From: a virus
Lineage: Duplodnaviria > Caudoviricetes
Length of the DNA stretch: 24,750 nt
Virus record (IMG/VR): IMGVR_UViG_3300050195_000279
Location: 1-24,750 of that record
Direction: 5' to 3' (one strand)
The position numbers and the translations under genes were made by a program. The notes under the pieces are model-generated. The model did no database searches, was not told the origin of the DNA, and saw only the letters and a list, made by a program, of their open reading frames with translations. This document shows positions 1 through 7,999 of this stretch, in pieces. The number at the start of each line of letters is the position of its first letter. Position 1 is the stretch's first letter.

Positions 1-259
1 CAGCCAATTCTCGGCTCACCGGATGAGTGCTGTAGAGGAAATCGTGCAGAGCAGCTGCCTCCCGGCTTGTATCTCCCACCAGCAGAAACACCAGCGGCAA
101 GCGTGGCACCGATGCCAGATCGGTCTGAAAACCGGCCGGAACATAAAACGTCCGGCCGGCCACATCTGACTGGTAGATCAGTGGTGCCGTCAGAATCCAT
201 TGCCCGTCGTCAATGTCACTTGCGACCTTCAGCGCCAGACGCGTGAGAAACTGACTCAT
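1..259 (-). CDS. DUF1353-family protein (3' end runs off the window)
   Basis: My translation from ATG 259: MSQFLTRLALKVASDIDDGQWILTAPLIYQSDVAGRTFYVPAGFQTDLASVPR...AAALHDFLY; the VPxGFxTDLASVP and AAxxHDxLY motifs are typical of DUF1353. Not in the ORF track. Confidence 0.8.
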   Translation of the reverse strand, partial: MSQFLTRLALKVASDIDDGQWILTAPLIYQSDVAGRTFYVPAGFQTDLASVPRLPLVFLLVGDTSREAAALHDFLYSTHPVSRELA

Positions 260-263
260 GCCG

Positions 264-689
264 TTACTGCGCCAGAACGGCAGACAAGGCGATCTGCGCG
301 ACGGTCAATGCAGCAGAGGCGGTTGTCTTGCTGGCCGTGTCGATCGGTGCCGCATTGACCACTTTGATCACCACCGGGAAAGCCGCGGTCAGAAAATCCG
401 ACACGCTTGCGACTTCAACCGTCGAATCAGCCGAGGCGGCGGCGGTGCATACCTTGTCGGCCAGCGCCGAGGCCGTATCCAGATCGGCAATCTGATCAGC
501 GGTCAGAATGGCGGTTTGGGCCTGCAAAGAGAGGATGGTCGGCTGCACCACAGCGCATGCCTTCTTGACCTGAGTGACGAGCTTGGCAGCGGCGGCGGCC
601 GGATCGACGGTAGTCGTGGTACCGGTGGTGACGCAGGCAGACAGCAGGAATGCGGCGGCCAGCGCCGCCATGATGGCGAAACGTTTCAT
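264..689 (-). CDS. Lipoprotein of the lysis region (spanin candidate)
   Basis: MKRFAIMAALAAAFLLSA-C signal peptide with lipobox LSAC; Ala-rich helical body and hydrophobic C-terminus; lies downstream of the endolysin. Confidence 0.65.
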   Translation of the reverse strand: MKRFAIMAALAAAFLLSACVTTGTTTTVDPAAAAAKLVTQVKKACAVVQPTILSLQAQTAILTADQIADLDTASALADKVCTAAASADSTVEVASVSDFLTAAFPVVIKVVNAAPIDTASKTTASAALTVAQIALSAVLAQ

Positions 690-749
690 TGTTGATCCAA
701 TCAAGTGAGGTTGGCCGGAATGGCCGGGATGGGTGCTACGGGAAACTGC

Positions 750-917
750 TTATTGCTTGGGACTGGTCAGAACAGCTTTGTAAACACCCAGGCCGATCAA
801 GGTGTCACGCAAAACGCTGACATACTCAGCGGCCGGCGCGTAGCCGGCAATCACCATGCCGCCCCATCCGATCAGGATCAGGGCACCAGCGATAAATTTT
901 TGGTCGATGTCTTTCAT
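750..917 (-). CDS. Small membrane protein, holin or antiholin candidate (55 aa)
   Basis: My translation: MKDIDQKFIAGALILIGWGGMVIAGYAPAAEYVSVLRDTLIGLGVYKAVLTSPKQ; ATGA overlap with the endolysin stop; two hydrophobic segments. Below the ORF track length cutoff. Confidence 0.6.
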   Translation of the reverse strand: MKDIDQKFIAGALILIGWGGMVIAGYAPAAEYVSVLRDTLIGLGVYKAVLTSPKQ

Positions 918-1378
918 GATTTCTCCGGAAGTTTGTCAAAGTCGGCGAGCTTGCGCGCGCGGATCGTTGCGATGACCTTCGCGGCATAGTTCGGGTCGGT
1001 GGCATAGCCGGCGGCGGCAATGGCCAGCGTGAATTGCTCTGCGTTGTCGCTATGCAGGAACGCCGGTGCATAGCGCTTGTTGGTCAGTAGGAACTTGCCA
1101 CGGTCAACCAAGCAGTCGGCCCAATTGGCATAGGCGCGGAATTTCGCGGTGACCGGCACCGACTTCCCTTTTACGACCTCGTGCGTTTTGAACTCGACTA
1201 CAGGGCCAGTCCACGACTTGTCCGCCTTGATGCCGAACAGGTTGTTTCCCGGGGCCTTGGTACCCCACCCGCTTTCGAGAGCCGCCTGTGCGATCGTGAC
1301 GCTGGCCGGAATCTTGGTGACTCGCATGCACTCCTGCGCGCCCGGCACGATCTGCGCGATAAACTCATCTGGCTTCAT
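914..1378 (-). CDS. Endolysin, GH73 glucosaminidase/FlgJ-like muramidase
   Basis: AQAALESGWG, NNLFGIKA, FRAY and GYATDPNYA motifs characteristic of GH73. Confidence 0.9.
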   Translation of the reverse strand: MKPDEFIAQIVPGAQECMRVTKIPASVTIAQAALESGWGTKAPGNNLFGIKADKSWTGPVVEFKTHEVVKGKSVPVTAKFRAYANWADCLVDRGKFLLTNKRYAPAFLHSDNAEQFTLAIAAAGYATDPNYAAKVIATIRARKLADFDKLPEKS

Positions 1379-1656
1379 GGCTTATCTGCCTTCATATCCA
1401 GCTTGTCCTCGATGCGCTCCAGCTTCATGAAAACGGCATCAACAGAGCGACTGAACTGCTCAATCGCTTTGGTGAGGTCATTCTTTGTGCTGAAATTCTC
1501 AGAGACATGCAGCTTGTAATCAGCCAATGCGCGCTCAAGATCACGCACATCAGCCACCAACTTGCGAAGCATCCACCAAAGCACGCAGGCAAGAGGCGTT
1601 ACGAAAACAGTAACTAGCAATTCGACCACCAACTTGATAGTTTCCAGATCGATCAT
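1375..1656 (-). CDS. Holin-like single-TM protein with coiled-coil C-terminus
   Basis: N-terminal hydrophobic helix (LVVELLVTVFVTPLACVLWWML) followed by a charged coiled coil ending in IEDKLD; ATGA-coupled to the endolysin. Confidence 0.55.
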   Translation of the reverse strand: MIDLETIKLVVELLVTVFVTPLACVLWWMLRKLVADVRDLERALADYKLHVSENFSTKNDLTKAIEQFSRSVDAVFMKLERIEDKLDMKADKP

Positions 1657-2018
1657 GCAGACGCCTCCTCATGCAGGGGCCGGCGTGCGATCTTCTCAGC
1701 CCAGGCTGCCGCATCTGTCACAACCGCAGTATTGAAGCTGCGATAGGAGCCAAGGTGGCCCACGAAGAGATGGCAGTTAACGCCCGCCTTCTTCGCCTCG
1801 CACAAGGTGACCAAGTTATCCGGATCAAGCTCCAGCTCGGGATGCAGATGAAACGGCCGAATGTGATGCACTTCCAATGACTCAGCGCCACCGCAGACGG
1901 CGCACACTGGATGCGCCTCAAGGTGATGCTTGCGCACTGTCGGCCATTTCCCCGAACGTGCGGTTCCGATCGGATGCTTCCCCTTCGTCGCATCAATCAG
2001 ATGTTTGACTATTGCCAT
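1653..2018 (-). CDS. HNH endonuclease
   Basis: CAVCG...EVHHI...NLVTLC...CHL..GH HNH/Zn motif; GGAGA RBS upstream of ATG 2018. Confidence 0.85.
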   Translation of the reverse strand: MAIVKHLIDATKGKHPIGTARSGKWPTVRKHHLEAHPVCAVCGGAESLEVHHIRPFHLHPELELDPDNLVTLCEAKKAGVNCHLFVGHLGSYRSFNTAVVTDAAAWAEKIARRPLHEEASA

Positions 2019-2033
2019 AGAATCTCCAGGCGT

Positions 2034-2077
2034 AAAAAAGCCCGCGCGCGGCGGGCGTAAAAAAACCACCTCGAGGG
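2034..2077 (-). terminator. Two tandem intrinsic terminator-like hairpins between the tail genes and the HNH/lysis genes
   Basis: Minus strand: CCACC-CTCGA-GGTGG-T7, then GCCCGC-CGCGC-GCGGGC-T6. Confidence 0.7.
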
Positions 2078-2109
2078 TGGCCCAGACTTAGTTAGATGTG
2101 AAGCAGGTA

Positions 2110-2601
2110 TTACCAGACGATGGCCTGCGCAGCGGCGACGGTCTTTGCGGCAGCGACCTTGGCCTTGAGCGTGGTCAGCTTCTGAAACGCGACCCATCCC
2201 TGTGCCAACATCGCGGCATACAGGCCATTGAGATCAGCAAGTGCGAACGGCACAAGTACATTGTCCGCCGATTTCCAGTAGAAGCCTGACGGTACGGCTT
2301 GTTGCGTGTTGTAGCCGGTTACTGCCACCAGCAGCACATCCTGGCTATTGCTATCAGCCTGAAATGTTGCTGCAACACCAGCAGCAGTCGTAAAGCTGAC
2401 CGATGCCTGAACAGCGGCTGAATACGCTGTCGTAAGCGTTGTGATCTGAGAGGCTTGTGCCTGCGCCAACGTCGGGGCCTGTATATCCTCCACCTGCTCA
2501 TTGGTCAACTGCGTCATACCTTGTGGCCATGATGGCAGCGATAGCGCTAGCCCATCCATATCATCATGCAAACCACCATTTTCATCTCGCCAAATAGTCA
2601 T
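2110..2601 (-). CDS. Tail fiber assembly/chaperone protein (DUF4376-like)
   Basis: Immediately after the fiber gene; FQAD..S..W..ADN...P pattern and a terminal ...AIVW, typical of this family. Confidence 0.7.
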   Translation of the reverse strand: MTIWRDENGGLHDDMDGLALSLPSWPQGMTQLTNEQVEDIQAPTLAQAQASQITTLTTAYSAAVQASVSFTTAAGVAATFQADSNSQDVLLVAVTGYNTQQAVPSGFYWKSADNVLVPFALADLNGLYAAMLAQGWVAFQKLTTLKAKVAAAKTVAAAQAIVW

Positions 2602-2610
2602 ATTTCTTCC

Positions 2611-4293
2611 TTATTTTGTTGCGATGGGAAGCCCAAAACTCGCCCCCCCAGTGAGCGTTACGGAATAACTCTGATAAGGCGATATGAGCTGTGTGTAGTG
2701 GTACGTTCCCGTGGAATTCCCATCTGAAATGATTGTAGAGGTGCCTTTGACGAAGGTCACTGAACCAGTTGATGAGTAAGCCACGCTGAAGTCCACGACA
2801 ATCGGCTTTGCGGACGGGTTGTAATACGTAGTTCCAGATACCAGCGTTAAACTTTGAGGTGTTTGCCCATATCCCAAAGACTGCATTGCCGCCATAGCCA
2901 TGCCGCCGCATGGCTGCACCTGCGTTAATGTCCAACCGACACCACTCGTCCATGTGGCGTTGAGATAGCCCTCCACGCGATACGGAGAATTAGCCGCAAC
3001 CGCCGAGGCCGAATAGATCGTGCTTGCAGACGTTGAGCTTGAGCTGATCGTGGTCGGGCTGATCAGACCCGTTTCGCTGAAATCAATCCCACCAGAAATA
3101 TTTGCAAAGCAAAGCACTGGCACGCCGGCGTTGTAAGCAACCAGCACGATCAGTTGCGTGGCAACTCCTGTAGTCGCCCCCAGAGAAGCGGCAATGTTCG
3201 GGATAGCAATTGACAGCGCACCTGTATTGATTGCGATCCCGCTGCCAGTGGTCAGCGTTGCATTTCTGAACATAAGCGGCATTGCTGCCAGGTTCGCCGT
3301 AATCAAATTCGATGAAACGCTTGCGGTCAGAGGCGTCAGTTGTGGAGCAACCCCCGTTGCCGGATTCAACATCACCAGCGTGCCGGCGGTGGGATTGTAG
3401 GCATATTCTCCTGGATACCCTGCTCCCGGGATGTCACCGGTGGCAAGAGCCACGCCCGCCCCCTTTGTCACCGAAATAGAGGTTTGAGCCACGCCACCCA
3501 AGGTGAGCACAGCAGTAACCGGCCCAGTATTGGCGGCCGCAGCAACGATAGTGAATGGCTGGCCGGCCACATAAGCGCTCGGACTGAATGGGAATGCGGC
3601 AGTAATTGCATTGGCAGCGCCGCCGGCGGTGGCCGTGCCGAGCGAACCAGATGCGATCTGACCTGCTGCCACGGCATGCTGACTAGCCGTAGCATTGGCG
3701 ACCTGCATAGGCGCTCCAGAGCATTCGATGAGAATCCAGCACAAAGATCCTGAATTCAATAGCGAACCTACATATGAAAACAGTGTTGCACTGCCATTCA
3801 AGAGCATCTCACCGCCCTGCAGGGCTTTGCCACCAACACCGAATATCGGAGATGCGCCAAGGCCATCAGGATTAAACGTAGAAGCACCTGTATTGGTATG
3901 TCCAACAAAAAGGCGTTGCACAACACCGGTTACCGTGGGCAGCGACGATAGCGGTACTGCGTTTGTAATTGCATATGCGTTCACCGCCCCCGAGTCAGCC
4001 TGGATGGATTGCTGCCGCATCAATGCTTTGACGGAAGCTGTAAAATTTGTCAGCAAGGTATTTGTCGTGCCGTCATCAATAGCTGGCTGCCCGCTATTTG
4101 AGACAATGAATTGGCCGATCACAGATGAAATAATGCTCGACTGGCGAAGAATTTTGTTCAACTGCACAGACGGGACAATTCCTGATGTCAGACCATTTTG
4201 CAGAAGCGCAGTCAGGGCAGCATAAGTCTCCTGACTCACTACATTGGCCCCACTACCTACCGCATACGGAAGGAAGTCCTGTTCAACGCTCAT
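2611..4293 (-). CDS. Tail fiber protein
   Basis: N-terminal baseplate-anchor motif FLPYAVGSGANV...GIVPSVQLNKILRQ; Gly/Ala/Thr-rich beta segments; follows the wedge genes. Confidence 0.85.
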   Translation of the reverse strand: MSVEQDFLPYAVGSGANVVSQETYAALTALLQNGLTSGIVPSVQLNKILRQSSIISSVIGQFIVSNSGQPAIDDGTTNTLLTNFTASVKALMRQQSIQADSGAVNAYAITNAVPLSSLPTVTGVVQRLFVGHTNTGASTFNPDGLGASPIFGVGGKALQGGEMLLNGSATLFSYVGSLLNSGSLCWILIECSGAPMQVANATASQHAVAAGQIASGSLGTATAGGAANAITAAFPFSPSAYVAGQPFTIVAAAANTGPVTAVLTLGGVAQTSISVTKGAGVALATGDIPGAGYPGEYAYNPTAGTLVMLNPATGVAPQLTPLTASVSSNLITANLAAMPLMFRNATLTTGSGIAINTGALSIAIPNIAASLGATTGVATQLIVLVAYNAGVPVLCFANISGGIDFSETGLISPTTISSSSTSASTIYSASAVAANSPYRVEGYLNATWTSGVGWTLTQVQPCGGMAMAAMQSLGYGQTPQSLTLVSGTTYYNPSAKPIVVDFSVAYSSTGSVTFVKGTSTIISDGNSTGTYHYTQLISPYQSYSVTLTGGASFGLPIATK

Positions 4294-4311
4294 CTAAAAT
4301 CCTTTCAGGCG

Positions 4312-4334
4312 AAAAAAAGACCCCGAAGGGTCTT
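4312..4334 (-). terminator. Intrinsic terminator-like hairpin
   Basis: AAGACCC-TTCG-GGGTCTT followed by a T run on the minus strand. Confidence 0.7.
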
Positions 4335-4353
4335 GAGTATTGTTGAATATCAA

Positions 4354-5028
4354 CTATGAGCCGACTATCGTTGCTATAGCTCCGGCATCCAGTCCAGCAA
4401 TGCTGTCGTTATTGGCGTCGAGCCCAAATATCGGCACACCCACTACGGATGGCTCAAAATAAAATGCAATCCCGACGCCAGCAGGTATCAAATTGAGATA
4501 GCCTCCTTTGAACAAGGCCAAAGTGACGGCATCCGGTTTAGGCCCGACCAGAGCCAACGATATCGTCATGTCCTGATTGTCTTGAATCAACATCTGATAT
4601 CCCAGTGGCTCAAATACCGTATTGAATGCGGTATAGGCTCCGGGTATCGAGCCATCCCAATAGTTCGCAGAGATGACGGCATACAGCAGCGTGCGATAGG
4701 CCTCGTCGGGTAGCGATACGAGTCCGCTAACGGGGTCGTAAGGCCCCTGAATAACGCCTTGATCCAAACCCAGCCCCGTCGAATCAAGGCTGAAATAGAC
4801 ATCAGTCAGGGGGATCGATAAATTGCGCGTCTGCCCCACCCACTCGCCCACTGCATCCTGTTGGCTACTGATCGCCACATCAATGTCATACAGCTCGGGT
4901 ATCGATGCCAGCATGTTCTGCCGATCGACCGCCCATTGAGCCAACAGCGACACCATGGCCATGAACTTAGGTTTATCAGCATGCTGAGATGTGATCAGCG
5001 ATGTGTACTGAGAAATATCGACGGCCAT
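4354..5028 (-). CDS. Baseplate wedge protein (DUF2612-like)
   Basis: YTSLITSQHADKPKF, D.VGEWVG..R, L.D..YR..L..ANYWDG and IQDNQDM motifs; start overlaps the baseplate J stop (TGATG). Confidence 0.8.
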   Translation of the reverse strand: MAVDISQYTSLITSQHADKPKFMAMVSLLAQWAVDRQNMLASIPELYDIDVAISSQQDAVGEWVGQTRNLSIPLTDVYFSLDSTGLGLDQGVIQGPYDPVSGLVSLPDEAYRTLLYAVISANYWDGSIPGAYTAFNTVFEPLGYQMLIQDNQDMTISLALVGPKPDAVTLALFKGGYLNLIPAGVGIAFYFEPSVVGVPIFGLDANNDSIAGLDAGAIATIVGS

Positions 5029-6461
5029 CAGGTCACCAGCGTAATGTTGGACGCGCTGCACTGCGCGCCCTCATTGAAGGCGATCACCAAGTCCCCATTT
5101 ACCAGAACCTGGGCACCCGTTGCAATCGTCTTACCTGTAGCAATTGCAGGCGTGAAGGTCACGGCATTGCCAGACACGCCAGTGACAACAGCCGTCTGTT
5201 GCGACCCGTCGCTTTGTTCTACGACGATCGTGCGGCCAGCCGATATGCTGGCCACATTCGCAACATGGATAGCCACAGCACCTGCTGCATACGGTCCGTC
5301 AGTGACAAGCATGTCGCCACGTCCCTGATAGATATTGGCGACCGGCAGGTTGTAGGTGCCGCTCAGCACATCTAGCGCTGCCTGCGTCAAACCAGAGCTT
5401 GACGTGGCGGCATCGCCTGACAGGTTTGCCGGGCCAAACAGCTTACCGAGTAACGAAGCCTGGCCAATCGCGAATCCAGAGAGGTACGAAACCACCGCAG
5501 CGACCACAGCATCACCTGTTGTTGATACATACCCGGACAATGGCACTATATTGATCTGGGCATAAACATCAACTTCCGTCATCTCAAAGAAATTAATCGT
5601 CACCGGCACTCCCGATGGATCTGCTACGACTACCGCAGTAGTGCCATACGTTCCCGTTCCAGGGGCCTTCTTTTGCGAAATAACCTCTGCAATCGTTGTG
5701 ACGTCACCACCTTCAGCAACAACAGCAATTGAATTGCCTGGCACGCCATTTTCGTCAGTTATCTTCGTCGTATTGTTATAAATTGCCGAACGACCGATTC
5801 CAGAGACGCCAACCACGTTCGCAATAATCGCCTGCAGTGGAGTTTGTGCTGATGCAGAAGTTGATGCCTTTTGCTTTTTTCTCACCGCAGCATCGCTTTG
5901 CGCTGCGATTCCAGGCGTTGCAGCAGCAGGATTATTCACTGACTGCCAACCCTTCACTGGTGTATTGATCGTGGAAATGGCACCTGCAATCGCCGTAATT
6001 ACCCCTGCCGTCTGCGCCGTTGCAGTGACCGGAATCGTTCCTGCCCCCGGAATCGTCACGGAGGATGGCAAGCTCCACAAATTGCTGTTCGTATCGGCAA
6101 CCACGCCACTGGTGATGACAGTACCAACAGTGCCGACGATATCAACCACGGCGGTGCTATTGCTGGAAGCACTACGTCGGATGCCGTTGATTTTCACCTG
6201 ACTAGACAAGGCTGTTCCCTGCGCATAGGAAGGGGAATAGCCTTTGTAAACAGTGACGTCAGCCTGGTTGCCGTCATATATGGCCTGGGCAAACAAAGCC
6301 AGCAATTGACCATCCTGCGAATCCGGATCGATGTAAATATCCGAGCCATAAATCGACTGAAAACTGGCCTCCAGTGAACTCAGAATATCCGAGTATGTCG
6401 GCCCGCTAATGCCGGCATCATTGATTGTGCATGCCAGCGTTGCAAGTGGGTATGTTGCCAT
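5028..6461 (-). CDS. Baseplate J/gp47-like protein
   Basis: IYGSDIYIDPDSQDGQ, INTPVKGWQSVNNP and KAPGTGTYGTT motifs; synteny. Confidence 0.85.
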   Translation of the reverse strand: MATYPLATLACTINDAGISGPTYSDILSSLEASFQSIYGSDIYIDPDSQDGQLLALFAQAIYDGNQADVTVYKGYSPSYAQGTALSSQVKINGIRRSASSNSTAVVDIVGTVGTVITSGVVADTNSNLWSLPSSVTIPGAGTIPVTATAQTAGVITAIAGAISTINTPVKGWQSVNNPAAATPGIAAQSDAAVRKKQKASTSASAQTPLQAIIANVVGVSGIGRSAIYNNTTKITDENGVPGNSIAVVAEGGDVTTIAEVISQKKAPGTGTYGTTAVVVADPSGVPVTINFFEMTEVDVYAQINIVPLSGYVSTTGDAVVAAVVSYLSGFAIGQASLLGKLFGPANLSGDAATSSSGLTQAALDVLSGTYNLPVANIYQGRGDMLVTDGPYAAGAVAIHVANVASISAGRTIVVEQSDGSQQTAVVTGVSGNAVTFTPAIATGKTIATGAQVLVNGDLVIAFNEGAQCSASNITLVT

Positions 6462-6820
6462 CAGGTACTCGAAGTCGTTGAGGTAGTTGTGCTGCCGTAC
6501 TTGGTATCTACAGTTACCGCCACACTAAATTTGCGCGTGGTCGGGTCCACATAGCTCGCATACTCCGTGATTTTTGAAACGCCAGTGGTTTTCAGAATCT
6601 CTGTCTGAAATGCCAAGTCGCGTGTCGCCGCTTTATTGGTGCCAACAACGTCAGTGTCATAGGGCATTCCTTGCGTGCTATCCAAAAACCACTCCCCCTG
6701 TCGCAATTTCAATCTGGTCTGAATGGCCTGCGCCACTGCGGCAGGCGAATCCACCAACATATTTGCGCCGTTCTGGCCAAAGGTAAAATCACCATCTGCA
6801 TCAAGCGCCCTATATCTCAT
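6461..6820 (-). CDS. Baseplate wedge/sheath initiator (gp25/gp46-like)
   Basis: MRYRALDADGDFTFG...AVAQAIQTRL..GEWFLD..G motif; lies between spike and J. Confidence 0.8.
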   Translation of the reverse strand: MRYRALDADGDFTFGQNGANMLVDSPAAVAQAIQTRLKLRQGEWFLDSTQGMPYDTDVVGTNKAATRDLAFQTEILKTTGVSKITEYASYVDPTTRKFSVAVTVDTKYGSTTTSTTSST

Positions 6821-6821
6821 G

Positions 6822-7622
6822 TCACCCACCTTTTACCGTGTTTGTCAGTTGATCGCTTGTCATCTGAAGATCGGAAACTGAGGACAACGCACCGACCGTA
6901 TTAGTCGTGTGCTTGTGGCCGTTGAATATCGACATGAATGCCGACGTGACGAAGCTCAGCAAACTCTGCCCAGAAGATCCCAACGTTATCGCCGGCGCAG
7001 TCACCGAAGCCGACTCAGTCGCCGCCACCATCACATTCGCCGCTGAAATATTGGCATTCCCCGTCACATTGATATTCACTGCGCCACCGATAGTGGCATT
7101 CCAGTTCCCGCTTGTTGTGATATCAATATCGTGCAATGACGGATTCAGACCGATAAACGCCGCCCCATCATTGCTGCGCAGTTGCACAGAATCCCCGCTC
7201 CAACCGCTGATTTTGGTGGCCTGCGAGAACGGCCCGGGAATGGCAAAGCCATCAGATAGGTCATGCATCCGCAGCTCTGATTGCACCTGCACATCACCAC
7301 TCTGCCACCATGCATCAATACACCGCGATGAGAAAACCACCAGGCACTCATCACCTTTGGCGATCGGGAAAGTCAGCGTACAGCCACCGCCGCGCGGAAA
7401 TGTGACCGGCACATCAAGCAGCAACGGCAACGCTACCCATTGCGTACTGCCATCCGGGCTACGGACATTCGCCTTAATCGCCGGCTGCACAGTGCAGGTC
7501 AACGCATCAGCATTAAAACTCTCGACAATGCCTGGGAGTGCAGTCCACATTCTGGCTTGACGACCGTCCAGCGCAGATCGCAATCCCTCTTCAAAATCAT
7601 TATGCAGTTCTCGTTGATCCAT
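6822..7622 (-). CDS. Baseplate central spike (gp138/gpV-like)
   Basis: ALPGIV, LLDVPV.FPRGGG, GDECLVVF..RCID.WW and RMHDLSD motifs plus a C-terminal HxH (GHKH) iron site; GGAG RBS before ATG 7622. The longer ORF-track start runs into the RNA array terminator. Confidence 0.85.
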   Translation of the reverse strand: MDQRELHNDFEEGLRSALDGRQARMWTALPGIVESFNADALTCTVQPAIKANVRSPDGSTQWVALPLLLDVPVTFPRGGGCTLTFPIAKGDECLVVFSSRCIDAWWQSGDVQVQSELRMHDLSDGFAIPGPFSQATKISGWSGDSVQLRSNDGAAFIGLNPSLHDIDITTSGNWNATIGGAVNINVTGNANISAANVMVAATESASVTAPAITLGSSGQSLLSFVTSAFMSIFNGHKHTTNTVGALSSVSDLQMTSDQLTNTVKGG

Positions 7623-7642
7623 AATCCAGTCTCCATAAAGAC

Positions 7643-7668
7643 AAAGGGCTCCATTTCTGGAGCCCTTC
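7643..7668 (-). terminator. Terminator-like hairpin closing the array
   Basis: AAGGGCTCCA-GAAA-TGGAGCCCTT followed by TGTCTTT. Confidence 0.6.
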
Positions 7669-7999
7669 GAATGCCATTTCTGGCCCATGCCTCACCACAC
7701 CGGGCCTTAACATGCCGGGCCGTACCCCGCCGAACCACGCCACACCAAAGCGGACTGGGCCGTACCCTTGATGCTATTCGCATCGGTCAGCCCGAAAGCT
7801 GACCGCTGAAAACAGCCCATGCCCTGCCTAAGCCAACCTCGGCTCAGCCCACCTCGCCGCAGCGCACACAAACATAGCTCGCCACAGATGCTTACCGCAT
7901 CAGATAGCAACCTCTTCGAAGATGCTACCTGCTGTTGTCAGCCCCTACCAAGCCAGACCGAAACGCACCTAATCACAGCACAACATGGCACGCCAATCC
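7643..7999 (-). ncRNA. Putative guide-RNA array: three period-5 G(G)Y-NN tracts separated by conserved hairpins, ending in a terminator-like stem
   Basis: Tracts at 7999-7945 (11 units), 7883-7819 (13 units) and 7766-7687 (16 units). G at unit position 1 in 38/40 units, pyrimidine at position 3 in 39/40, exact GGY in 24/40. Each tract ends in GG plus a 4-bp hairpin. Confidence 0.8.

Noticed and set aside
1653-2018. HNH nuclease as effector of the RAMP/array system
   Set aside because: It is 5.6 kb away in the lysis operon, and small HNH genes are commonplace in phage late regions; nothing links the two.
2611-4293. Diversity-generating retroelement or invertible tail-fiber switch
   Set aside because: No reverse transcriptase, invertase, template repeat or inverted fiber cassette is visible in the window.
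7499-7910. ORF-track proteins across the array (7499-7783, 7707-7910, 7440-7802)
   Set aside because: Low-complexity Arg/Gly/Ala/Cys translations arise from the period-5 repeat; no RBS, and several overlap the spike gene.
7770-7942. tRNA genes in the hairpin linkers
   Set aside because: The modules are only 47-56 nt, with no acceptor stem, no 7-nt anticodon loop and no TPsiC or D-loop consensus.
7643-7999. Canonical CRISPR array
   Set aside because: There are no 23-47 bp identical repeats with unique spacers; the linkers share only short stems and the intervening tracts are themselves periodic.
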